A stretch of DNA of 64,000 nt from an uncultured Candidatus Saccharibacteria bacterium (GTDB lineage: Bacteria; Patescibacteriota; Minisyncoccia; Ryanbacterales; HO2-45-13), in NCBI GenBank assembly GCA_964354975.1, contig CAYHBS010000001.1:56282-120281 (forward strand), in the 5' to 3' direction. Under the pieces are notes generated by a model that saw nothing but the letters and a program-made list of their open reading frames with translations, searched no databases and had not been told where the DNA came from. This document shows positions 8,686 to 16,895 of this stretch, in pieces (position 1 is the stretch's first letter; every line of letters begins with the position of its first letter). A program made the position numbers and the translations under genes.

Positions 8686-9739
8686 TGATACCTCCTCCTA
8701 CCACAATGTGTTTATCTCCGATGCGCTCATAGACCACACATGACTGGCCTGCTGATGGTTTCGTCACCGGGGAAGCAAAATGGATAGTATTCGCATTGTC
8801 TAAATCCGCCGTTGCAGAAACGAGTGGCTGCCGATAGCGTATGCGCGCACTCAACTTCTCTATACCTGTTACTTTTTTATACCATGTCATCTGCTTCACC
8901 GATACCCCGTTTGCTTCACGTACGTTCTTTTCATTTGTACGGGCAACAACGAGTGTATTGGTAGCCATATCTTTTTGTACGACAAAATATGGCGTACCCC
9001 CGCCAATACCAAGTCCGTGGCGCTGGCCAATAGTGTAATACGCAGCACCGTCATGTGTGCCAACGCGTTCGCCACTGGTAGTAACCACTGCGCCTTCGCT
9101 CGGTGGAATATACGTTTGTAAAAATGATTTCATATCAAGTTCGCCGACAAAGCACACTCCCTGGCTATCTGGTTTTCTCGCAGTCACGAGTCCCGCTGCT
9201 TCGGCAATGTTGCGCACCTCTTCTTTGATGAGTCCACCGATGGGAAAATATACGTGCGCAAGAATTTCTGGTATAAGTCCCCAAAGAAAATATGTTTGAT
9301 CTTTTGCGGTATCTTTACTCGTTGAAAGATATGTCACACCATCCAGCGTGGTGGTAGTTGCGTAATGTCCCGTTGCAATCGCGTCAGCTCCGTGTTCCAT
9401 TGCCCATCTATAAAACACACCGAATTTAATATACGTATTGCACATCACATCAGGATTTGGTGTGCGACCCCTCGCATATTCGCTCACCAAATATTCCACC
9501 ACGTGCGTACGATAGTCTTCGCCGACATCAAGCACGCGAAATGGAATATCAAGCACTGCGGCCACGCGCGCGGCATCTTGTCTATCTTCCTCCCATGAAC
9601 ACTTCGCGCCAGGAGCTTTCCAGCCCTGCATAAATACGCCCGTGACGTTATGTCCCGCGCGTTTCAGGAGGAGTGCAGCAACCGACGAGTCCACGCCACC
9701 GCTCATTGCAACAAAAATGTTCTTTTTTGCACTGACCAT
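8675..9739 (-). CDS. mnmA: tRNA 2-thiouridine(34) synthase MnmA
   Basis: AMSGGVDSSVA, TPNPDVMCN, IATGHYA, KDQTYFL and DSQGVCF. Confidence 0.97.
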   Translation of the reverse strand: MVSAKKNIFVAMSGGVDSSVAALLLKRAGHNVTGVFMQGWKAPGAKCSWEEDRQDAARVAAVLDIPFRVLDVGEDYRTHVVEYLVSEYARGRTPNPDVMCNTYIKFGVFYRWAMEHGADAIATGHYATTTTLDGVTYLSTSKDTAKDQTYFLWGLIPEILAHVYFPIGGLIKEEVRNIAEAAGLVTARKPDSQGVCFVGELDMKSFLQTYIPPSEGAVVTTSGERVGTHDGAAYYTIGQRHGLGIGGGTPYFVVQKDMATNTLVVARTNEKNVREANGVSVKQMTWYKKVTGIEKLSARIRYRQPLVSATADLDNANTIHFASPVTKPSAGQSCVVYERIGDKHIVVGGGIIAE

Positions 9740-9778
9740 GCGAACAATTATGCCACGAAAATGTCTATATGAAAAGAG

Positions 9779-9813
9779 AAAGAGCGCGTTCCAGTATTTG
9801 GAACGCGCTCTTT
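9779..9813. terminator. Intrinsic terminator hairpin, probably bidirectional
   Basis: aaagagcgcgttcca-gtatt-tggaacgcgctcttt, 15-bp perfect inverted repeat. Confidence 0.8.
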
Positions 9814-9823
9814 TGTTTGTTGT

Positions 9824-9952
9824 TCATTCTCGAAGAAAGAGAATCCACATCATCCGCGCTGCGCAGTAAGTCACCGCAGCACCGTGCACCCAAGGGTGAA
9901 CGGAGAAGCACGTGATTCCCACCGCGATGAGGGTTGTGTAGAAGAAGCCCAT
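9824..9952 (-). CDS. Small hydrophobic orphan protein (42 aa)
   Basis: MGFFYTTLIAVGITCFSVHPWVHGAAVTYCAARMMWILFLRE; AAGGAGG 6 nt before ATG, own promoter upstream and terminator downstream. Confidence 0.6.
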   Translation of the reverse strand: MGFFYTTLIAVGITCFSVHPWVHGAAVTYCAARMMWILFLRE

Positions 9953-10014
9953 CTTGATCCTCCTTTTCCTGCGCACCTTTCGGTCGCGACTTATAGCTTG
10001 AACTTTCTGAAAAC

Positions 10015-10043
10015 ACTATAGCATGAATATACTATTTCGTCAA
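10015..10043 (-). promoter_or_regulatory. Sigma70-type promoter
   Basis: TTGACG-17 nt-TATAGT on the minus strand, upstream of the 42-aa ORF. Confidence 0.7.
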
Positions 10044-10075
10044 GCATTTTTTGCCTTACCTATCAACAATATTTA

Positions 10076-11032
10076 CTACCTCAAATACAACGCTTTATTT
10101 TGTTTATGCTCTTCAAATGTGCGCGCGTAGTATGGAGTTCCATCGCGACTATGTAAGTAATACCAATATGCCGATGCGGTAGGATGCAACGCAGCATCAA
10201 TCTGTTCAAGTCCCGGATTCCCTATCGGCCCCGGCGGGAGTCCTTTATATTCATAGGTATTATAGGGCGAATCTAAATTCAACTCTGCGTCTCCGAGATC
10301 CCTCGAAGCAAGTCCCGTGATGTACGTGAGCGTTGCATCAATCTGGAGCGGAAAATTATCCGCGAGACGATTTTGAATAATTCCCGAAATGATTTTTGCG
10401 TCTTGTTCCCCATTTGCTTCGCGAGCGAGGAGGGACGCAATAATCAGAATTTCACGAAGTGACTTTCCACTTGTCTCTGCTTCACGTACAAGATCCCTAG
10501 TACGCACGCGGAAATTATTTCTCATCAATGCTATTAACTCGTCCGCAGTAACATTGTCCGGGATTTCATAGGTATCTGGGAATAATTCACCTTCATAAAT
10601 AACAGCTTTTGCATAAAATTCCTCACTTTTCAGAATACCTCGCTCGGAAAGATATGCGGCGATGCGTCGCGAGTCCCACCCTTCAACGATCCGAATGGTG
10701 CGCGCCTCGGGAGTTGAGGTAAGTCGCGCAATCACGTCAAATACATTCGCAGATTTGGTGAACACATATGGTCCGGGACGCAGTGCGCGATCCTTTCTGG
10801 TAAGCTCTGCGGTGAGCACAAACGCATGCGTACTGCGAATGATACCTGCCGACTCCAACAGTGCGCCAATGTCCCAGGCGCTCGCTCCGGACGCGATGAC
10901 AATTTCTTTATGATCAACATTCATGCGGGGTGCAAACCACACACCCAAAAGCGTAAGCAAAAAGACCGCGGCAAACACGACCGCAATAGATACAAGAATA
11001 TATATTCGTTTAAAAAACAGCCCAAATGGCAT
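10076..11032 (-). CDS. mltG: Endolytic transglycosylase MltG (YceG family)
   Basis: N-terminal TM helix, EGELFPDTY, IIASLLARE, LQIDAT and SPYNTY..GLPPGPIGNPG. Confidence 0.93.
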   Translation of the reverse strand: MPFGLFFKRIYILVSIAVVFAAVFLLTLLGVWFAPRMNVDHKEIVIASGASAWDIGALLESAGIIRSTHAFVLTAELTRKDRALRPGPYVFTKSANVFDVIARLTSTPEARTIRIVEGWDSRRIAAYLSERGILKSEEFYAKAVIYEGELFPDTYEIPDNVTADELIALMRNNFRVRTRDLVREAETSGKSLREILIIASLLAREANGEQDAKIISGIIQNRLADNFPLQIDATLTYITGLASRDLGDAELNLDSPYNTYEYKGLPPGPIGNPGLEQIDAALHPTASAYWYYLHSRDGTPYYARTFEEHKQNKALYLR

Positions 11033-11064
11033 AGGGCTAGTATAGCAAACAATATGAGTAAGTT

Positions 11065-12000
11065 TTATTCGCCTCCCGTACGCTTGCTTGCCTCACGTGC
11101 AATATCAAGAATGCGTTCAAATATTTCGCGCTGTGCGGAGCGCTCTCGTACAAGTGACTCATAAATCTGTTGTAACTCTTTTGTACCAAGTGTTGCTGCG
11201 GTCGTGCTTGCAGTGATCGCGGCGAGACGCGTAGAAGACGAATCAATCAGGGCTTGTACACCATCAATCTTTGTAACAATGCCGGACATATCAACCCCGG
11301 ACGCAATATATGCCTCTGAAGCGGTACGCTGCTCGGTTACGCGCGCCTGCAGGGTGGCAAGAGATTGCCTACGCATCACGCCAATGTGCGCAAGCACCGT
11401 AAGGCGTCGTATATGCACCCGCGTAAACTCTTGTCTTTGTGTCAACAGCGTTTTGGTGATTTCTTTGATCATATCCACTGATTCCGCAGAGCGTACTTGC
11501 GTCTCAAAAGATCGCAGTGACGCAATGTCCGCGTTCACCAGTGCAGTGAACGATGTGAAAATGTCCTCGTCAATAAATGGCAATTGTTCCATTTGGGCGC
11601 GAAGGTACTCGTCGTATGAAATAAGCGCGCCAATATATTCGAGTAAATATTGCCGTTGATCGGTTACGGTGCGCTGTGAGGCCTTGAGCGACGTACGAGC
11701 GTAATTAAGCTGCACCAGTGATGAACTAAACTGGCTCTGTGTTTTTGATTCATTCACCGCGTCTCGAGAACGCTCAAGCACATGTTCAGAATCCTTGCGC
11801 TGTTCAATGCGTTCATACAATTTTCCGATAAGAGCCCGCGCGGACACGTGAAGACTTTCGGCGTCGTCCGATTGATCGTCCGCGTCCTCACGCGCAAACA
11901 CCGAGATACCAAACATGTTCCAATCAAAGAACGCTGAAGCGCGTGCCGGCGTTGCGATAATGGTGAGTATGATGATCAGTGGTAGTGCGAGTTTTTTCAT
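11065..12000 (-). CDS. Secreted alpha-helical/coiled-coil hypothetical protein
   Basis: Signal peptide MKKLALPLIIILTIIATPARASA followed by helical heptad-like sequence. Confidence 0.6.
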   Translation of the reverse strand: MKKLALPLIIILTIIATPARASAFFDWNMFGISVFAREDADDQSDDAESLHVSARALIGKLYERIEQRKDSEHVLERSRDAVNESKTQSQFSSSLVQLNYARTSLKASQRTVTDQRQYLLEYIGALISYDEYLRAQMEQLPFIDEDIFTSFTALVNADIASLRSFETQVRSAESVDMIKEITKTLLTQRQEFTRVHIRRLTVLAHIGVMRRQSLATLQARVTEQRTASEAYIASGVDMSGIVTKIDGVQALIDSSSTRLAAITASTTAATLGTKELQQIYESLVRERSAQREIFERILDIAREASKRTGGE

Positions 12001-12001
12001 A

Positions 12002-12670
12002 TTATTGTGTCAACTCCTGTTCGTATGACGTGAGCGCAATTTCATCGGCAACAAATGATTCAAATTGAGGAAATACGAGAACCGCCTCGGTCGCGGCAAT
12101 GGCATTCGGATCAAACGCGGCGGAATCGATTGGAGCAGAAGATTTTGCCGCCATCGTTGTCGATTCTGCTGGTGCAAGCGATGTATTCAGTCCCTCCGCA
12201 GGATAATCTCCGGCACTGTCGGTATTTCCTCCGACCGGAAGCTCATGGCGTGTTGCGATTGCATCCTCACCGGACGCAGGTGAGAGTTGCGTGACTTCCG
12301 TACCGGATTGATATTGAATGGAAGGAGCGGGTGCCGTGACCGTATTTACCGCGAGCACCGCAATAATAAGCACCGCGAGCACCGCTGCCGGCATACGTAC
12401 GGATGGACGTAAGAGAAAATCAAGCACTGCAACGGTACGCGACATACTGCGCGCCAGCGAATCGTGCGGAGAAAATGCAGCGCGCAGTTGTTCGCTCGGT
12501 ACTTCCGAAAGTTTTACGTCCTCAAGCATCAAAACGACTCCGAGCATTTCTTCAAGCTCGGCCTTATGCGCTGGGTACTTCGCGAGAATGTCCTCCACCG
12601 ACGCTCCCGCCCGCAGTGCGGTGACTGCGTTGTCAAAAATTTCTTCAATTTTCGGTGGTTTATGATTCAT
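12002..12670 (-). CDS. Putative membrane anti-sigma factor
   Basis: Overlaps the end of the ECF sigma gene; short N-terminal helical domain, one TM helix and a low-complexity C-terminus. Confidence 0.6.
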   Translation of the reverse strand: MNHKPPKIEEIFDNAVTALRAGASVEDILAKYPAHKAELEEMLGVVLMLEDVKLSEVPSEQLRAAFSPHDSLARSMSRTVAVLDFLLRPSVRMPAAVLAVLIIAVLAVNTVTAPAPSIQYQSGTEVTQLSPASGEDAIATRHELPVGGNTDSAGDYPAEGLNTSLAPAESTTMAAKSSAPIDSAAFDPNAIAATEAVLVFPQFESFVADEIALTSYEQELTQ

Positions 12671-13217
12671 ACGTTTGCATTTCTTCTTTCAGCGCTTTAA
12701 TCGCACGGTATTGCATTGCGCGAATGGCTGCGGGATTTTTCTTCATTGCAACGGCAATTTCATCGGTCGTGCGATCCTCTAAAAAGCGTAGCGTCACCAA
12801 TGTGCGCTGTTCGGCGCTAAGGACTGACATTGCGCGCTTCAACACTTGAACGTCATCGTGGATCTCCACTTGTGTGCTCGCAATGGGACGCGTATCCGGA
12901 ACCGCAGCAAAAAAAGTCTCTTCATCATCAATCCGCACATTACGTTTTTTCTTCCAATAGTCGATAACCGTATTTCTCGCGATGGTATATAACCATGATG
13001 AAAATACAACCGAACCTTCACGCATATTCGGCAGAGATTTCCAGGCCTTCATAAACACCGTTTGTGTCAGATCCTCTGCATCCTCTTTGTTGTTTACCCG
13101 GTACTGCACAAAGCGGTAAATCGGAGCTAAATGCTCCTGATACAGGGTCGAAAACGCCGCAGAATCTCCTTCTGCCGCTCGTTCTATCAGTCTAGCCATA
13201 TCCTGTTCATTCAACAT
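12660..13217 (-). CDS. ECF RNA polymerase sigma factor
   Basis: DAEDLTQTVFMKAW and SWLYTIARNTVID (region 2); LSAEQRTLVTLRF...EIAVAM (region 4). Confidence 0.93.
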   Translation of the reverse strand: MLNEQDMARLIERAAEGDSAAFSTLYQEHLAPIYRFVQYRVNNKEDAEDLTQTVFMKAWKSLPNMREGSVVFSSWLYTIARNTVIDYWKKKRNVRIDDEETFFAAVPDTRPIASTQVEIHDDVQVLKRAMSVLSAEQRTLVTLRFLEDRTTDEIAVAMKKNPAAIRAMQYRAIKALKEEMQTYES

Positions 13218-13247
13218 ATGGGACGAGGGATATCTCCCTGTGTGACG

Positions 13248-13721
13248 TTAGAGTAATGGCGCACCGGGCGTGACCGCTTCAATAGGTGCCACAAGAACGG
13301 GTTTTTCACCCTCTTTTGCCGCAAGTATCATGCCGTTGCTCTCTATGCCTTTCAGCGTACGCGCTGCCAAATTGGTCGTAAAGATGACGGTTTTGCCAAT
13401 CAAAAAATCCTTTTCATACCACGGCTTAATCCCCGAAACAATCGTGCGTGTTTCTGATCCGAAATTCACGGTGAGCTTGTAGAGCTTGTCCGATCCCTCA
13501 ATGTCTTCTGCGTTTTCGATTATGCCTGCTTGAATGTGCACGCGCTGGAGTTCTGCCAGCGAGATACGATCTTTCCCCGAAAACATACTGTCAAACACCG
13601 CCGAACAATCTGCGCAGATATGTTTTTTGGTCGCAACACCATCCTTTGGTACACCAAAATAAAGTGCTCCTGGGGCGTTGAGCTCTTTCTTACAAAAATT
13701 ATAAGTGATTTGAAGGCTCAT
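13248..13721 (-). CDS. tRNA-binding OB-fold protein (Trbp111/CsaA/MetRS C-terminal-like) with a short Cys-containing N-terminal extension
   Basis: GSDKLYKLTVNFGSETRTIVSGI and NLAARTLKGIESNGMIL. Start moved to ATG 13721 because the longer ORF overlaps tRNA-Trp. Confidence 0.85.
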   Translation of the reverse strand: MSLQITYNFCKKELNAPGALYFGVPKDGVATKKHICADCSAVFDSMFSGKDRISLAELQRVHIQAGIIENAEDIEGSDKLYKLTVNFGSETRTIVSGIKPWYEKDFLIGKTVIFTTNLAARTLKGIESNGMILAAKEGEKPVLVAPIEAVTPGAPLL

Positions 13722-13804
13722 GCGGGGAATAAGGGAATCGCAAGCACTATGAGGGCTTATAATTTTCGCGCTACAAACATATGCGATACACACGGCGATT
13801 CCGG

Positions 13805-13876
13805 CGGGAGTGCCAGGATTCGAACCTGGATAGCTGGTTTTGGAGACCAGAGTCTTAGCCGTTGGACGACACTCCC
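13805..13876 (-). tRNA. tRNA-Trp(CCA)
   Basis: Acceptor stem GGGAGTG/CACTCCC, anticodon arm CTGGT-CTCCAAA-ACCAG, T-loop GTTCGAATC; followed by CCG rather than CCA. Confidence 0.95.
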
Positions 13877-13941
13877 CTCTACACTCAAAGACAGCTTTTA
13901 GCTTATAGGTTTTAGTGCGGCACGCCAAGCCGCGTCTCACA

Positions 13942-13967
13942 CAAACGGCTCCATACGGAGCCGTTTG
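13942..13967. terminator. Hairpin downstream of rpmG
   Basis: caaacggctcc-atac-ggagccgtttg perfect inverted repeat. Confidence 0.55.
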
Positions 13968-14063
13968 CTACTAAGTACACGTATTGCTTTCTCTGTAATC
14001 TCCGACGCATTTGGTCGGGTCCCGACTCCCATGAAAAGTAGAATATAACGTCGGGACTATCCG

Positions 14064-14222
14064 CTATTTCTTCATTTCCTTATGCGGAGTATGTGTTTTA
14101 CACCACTTGCAGTGTTTTTTGAGATCAATCTTGCGCTCAACTTTCTTTTTGTTTTTGCTGGACCAATAGTTAATACGCTTGCATTTGGTGCACTGCAGTT
14201 TTATCAGATTAGGTTGCGGCAT
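14064..14222 (-). CDS. rpmG: 50S ribosomal protein L33
   Basis: Manual translation MPQPNLIKLQCTKCKRINYWSSKNKKKVERKIDLKKHCKWCKTHTPHKEMKK (52 aa). Confidence 0.95.
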   Translation of the reverse strand: MPQPNLIKLQCTKCKRINYWSSKNKKKVERKIDLKKHCKWCKTHTPHKEMKK

Positions 14223-14362
14223 ATCAGTAGAGTGATAGTACACTGAACACGCTCAATAATCAAGAACACGTGATCACCCGATTGCCAAAATTATTGACAA
14301 GAGTGTGATTATATTGTACTATCGGTACAAATCTACTGCGCTCAGCGCAAGGAGAACGTACG

Positions 14363-14845
14363 TTGCAAGAAGAGTACATAAAACCTGAAAAACGTTTCTA
14401 CAATTGTGACCCTTGTGAGGATTGGTCTTCACTCGTCTTCGTGAGAGTTGTGGAACACGGTAGTTTACTTGGCTACGTATTTATTTACGAACCGCACCGT
14501 GGAGATCCGCGGCTCTACAAACTACCGGGAGGATCTAAGGAGGCGAATGAATCTCCGGTAGAGACCGCTCAACGGGAGCTCAAGGGAGAGACGGGTATTT
14601 CTCTTCCCTTGTCAATGTTCGAGTTCGTCGATAAGGAGTGGCGAGAAAAACCCTCGGAACACTGGCGCATCTACTTTCAGGTGGATATCACGGTCACTGA
14701 CCGCGACTGGATGCGAGATGACGCATCCGGAAACGAAGGAGAAGTTCCCGAATTCTTTACACCGCGGAGGTGGAGGGATCTTATCGCAAACGGAGGTTTT
14801 CTCGAGCCACATTTGCGCGTATTGAGCGCAAATGAACTGCTATAA
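14363..14845 (+). CDS. NUDIX hydrolase
   Basis: Nudix box GGSKEANESPVETAQRELKGETGI; TTGACA-17-TACTAT promoter at about 14295 and AAGGAG upstream. Confidence 0.85.
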   Translation: MQEEYIKPEKRFYNCDPCEDWSSLVFVRVVEHGSLLGYVFIYEPHRGDPRLYKLPGGSKEANESPVETAQRELKGETGISLPLSMFEFVDKEWREKPSEHWRIYFQVDITVTDRDWMRDDASGNEGEVPEFFTPRRWRDLIANGGFLEPHLRVLSANELL

Positions 14846-14889
14846 CAAAGCGCCCGTAACCACATTCGTGGTCGGGCGCTTTATATTTC

Positions 14890-15165
14890 TGGAGCCGTTG
14901 GCCGGAATTGAACCGGCGACCTACTCCTTCATTTACACCCCAATTTCGTAAAACATATATGGGGATTAGACTGTATCTTTGGCATATCCTTTCGGACGTA
15001 GCCACCCTTGTCAGTCGTTCGGGCCCTCGACTTCGCTCGGGCCACGGTCTTAACTCGATTTGAGTCTTTGACCGTAATTCGGGATTCATCTCAGAATTTC
15101 TTCTGAGATGGGCAGGGGCGTGTGGCCCCACCATGGAGTTGCTCTACCATCTGAGCTACAACGGC
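14890..15165 (-). tRNA. tRNA-Thr(GGU) split by an intron (exon 1 15165-15130, exon 2 14929-14890)
   Basis: Joined exons give GCCGTTGTAGCTCAGATGGTAGAGCAACTCCATGGT|AAGGAGTAGGTCGCCGGTTCAATTCCGGCCAACGGCTCCA, a 76-nt cloverleaf with anticodon arm ACTCC-ATGGTAA-GGAGT. Confidence 0.93.
14930..15129 (-). ncRNA. Group I self-splicing intron (200 nt) at tRNA position 36/37
   Basis: 5' exon ends in U and the intron ends in G. P1 GGU/GGGGC..GCCCCUGCC with U-G; P2 CAUCUCAGAA-GAAA-UUCUGAGAUG; P4 ACGGUC/GACCGU; P7 GACUG/CAGUC; J8/7 AAAGAUA; P8 with a GAAA loop. Confidence 0.9.
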
Positions 15166-15217
15166 ACATGGGAACGAGTAACTCTGTATCCGCCAACCAG
15201 CGGAGCGCTACATGAGT

Positions 15218-15805
15218 TTATGGTAGCTCTGCGATGAACGCACACAGCTTATCACGAAGTTTTCGATTATTAAAGTGCACAGTGAGTACTCCATATTTCG
15301 CTTTATGTTTATAGTTGCCCACTCCTCGCGCCGGCGTGATAATCACTTTTTGAAACGCTGCCCGCGGAGCTGATATCTCACGCCTCCAATATGCGAGCGC
15401 AACCGATGGATTGGTGTCTGAAAATATTTGCAGGCCATATCTTAACTTCGCTTTATGTATACGAAATCGCTGTTCAAGAAATTTAAGAAAGTATCTAATG
15501 AGTTTTGGGTCGCTATTTCCAAGTCGCACTGAAGAAAGATTACGCTTTGTTCCTTCGCCCCAATATAAACCTATGCCTAAACCTTCCAAAAATGCTTCTT
15601 CTCGAATTTTAGGTGCAGCATATGAAAACGGATCACCTCCTGGGTTATGTTTAATATATACCGCATCCCGAATAGCACGTTTAGGAATTTCGTGCTTTTT
15701 TAGCCAATAATTAATGGTGCTTGTCCCTTTTTTCGTACGCTGGGCAATTTCCTTTGCCGACAACTGCTCACGTACATACATTTGCAACAGCGTTAATTTA
15801 TCCAT
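15218..15805 (-). CDS. HTH + LAGLIDADG-like putative homing endonuclease (copy 1)
   Basis: N-terminal HTH (LSAKEIAQRTKKGTSTINYWL) and LAGLIDADG-like helix GLGIGLYWGEG followed by VRLGNSDPKLI; ends 52 nt upstream of tRNA-Thr(GGU). Confidence 0.7.
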   Translation of the reverse strand: MDKLTLLQMYVREQLSAKEIAQRTKKGTSTINYWLKKHEIPKRAIRDAVYIKHNPGGDPFSYAAPKIREEAFLEGLGIGLYWGEGTKRNLSSVRLGNSDPKLIRYFLKFLEQRFRIHKAKLRYGLQIFSDTNPSVALAYWRREISAPRAAFQKVIITPARGVGNYKHKAKYGVLTVHFNNRKLRDKLCAFIAELP

Positions 15806-16061
15806 ACATCTAAATATATAAAATTACAAACTACACATTATTTAATTGATATACATTAATTTACCTGTAGTATAATAGTAACATATTAGGATATCGGTAC
15901 GCCACGCGTTCATGTGTGTGAGGAGTCTTGGAGTCATCGGGAATGATGAGATGAGTTAGAGGCACATATGTAATATAATATTTACGAGTGCACTGGTTCC
16001 CTGTACAGTATCAAGCACATACGTTAGTGGCCCCCTACACGGGACACTGATGATAAATAAT

Positions 16062-16145
16062 GCGTCGGTGGCGGAGTGGTCAATCGCACCAGACTGTAAA
16101 TCTGGCGGCCTTAGGCCTACGAAGGTTCGAATCCTTCCCGGCGCA
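16062..16145 (+). tRNA. tRNA-Tyr(GUA)
   Basis: Acceptor stem GCGTCGG/CCGGCGC, anticodon arm CCAGA-CTGTAAA-TCTGG, long variable arm, GTTCGAATC; CCA not encoded. Confidence 0.95.
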
Positions 16146-16324
16146 CACATTGCCAAAATCGGAGCACGGCTCCGGTTTTGTTGCTATGTGTAGTGATCGC
16201 GAGGGATTCGAAGGCGAGCACGCAAGGGTTCCATCAGTAGATGGAAACGTGCGAGCGTGGTCAGGCGGAGAAATGTTTCGACGGAAACATTTCGAGCGCT
16301 TGACCGAATCCTTCCCGGCGCACA
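16128..16324 (+). mobile_element. tRNA-Tyr-linked structured mini-element bounded by a 20-bp direct repeat of the tRNA 3' end
   Basis: cgaatccttcccggcgcaca at 16128-16147 and 16305-16324 (identical); the interior is rich in hairpins. Confidence 0.6.
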
Positions 16325-16498
16325 ATATAAAAAATACTCGACATGCGTCGGGTGTTTTTTATATATCTCTTGAAAGTTGAATTCACCGTTTTTGAGCTTG
16401 ACTTCTTTCTAACCAATAATATGCTATTCTGTGCGAGGTATCGAGCTGGGTTAAAGTAGCTCGGTTATACATTTCAAACCCGAAACGGAGGTATAGTC

Positions 16499-16756
16499 AT
16501 GACGCAGTTCTTGCCAATCGCCACACTGCTAATGTCATTTGTGAGTTTCCTGTTTATGTTGTTGGTGACATTCGTCTCGCCTCTCGGCCAGTCCAAGTCG
16601 TTCTACTTCCTTTGTGGCGAGTCAGCTTTCATCACAGCGATCATCTTCGGAGCACTGTCGGTACATAAAGTCCACAGGTTCAACCCTTTCGAAACGATTC
16701 TCTGGTTCATCGTTGGTTCCATAATGTTTGCGTACTCGGCGTGGTTCACTAACTAA
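16499..16756 (+). CDS. Small membrane orphan protein (85 aa, about 3 TM helices)
   Basis: Very hydrophobic; GGAGG upstream, TTGACT promoter at about 16398 and a hairpin with U-tract downstream. Confidence 0.65.
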   Translation: MTQFLPIATLLMSFVSFLFMLLVTFVSPLGQSKSFYFLCGESAFITAIIFGALSVHKVHRFNPFETILWFIVGSIMFAYSAWFTN

Positions 16757-16895
16757 GGTCGGATATGTTCCGACCAACGGGCCCAAGGGGACATCAAATT
16801 CCACCTGGGCCTTTTTTCTTTTTAATTTATCCCTGTATGTGTCATATTTAATAGAACAAAAAGACGCCCACGCAATTGCGGGGCGTCCTTTTTTC

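Noticed and set aside
13722-13940. N-terminal extension of the 230-aa ORF
   Set aside because: It runs through the tRNA-Trp gene; the real start is probably ATG 13721.
14781-15134. 117-aa ORF spanning the intron as an intron-encoded protein
   Set aside because: It overlaps both tRNA exons and the ribozyme core and has no recognisable motif; the intron is fully explained by RNA structure.
14925-15135. Alternative splice after U33 giving a different anticodon
   Set aside because: The intron would then end in A rather than omega-G and lose the P1 U-G pair; the tRNA body fits threonine.
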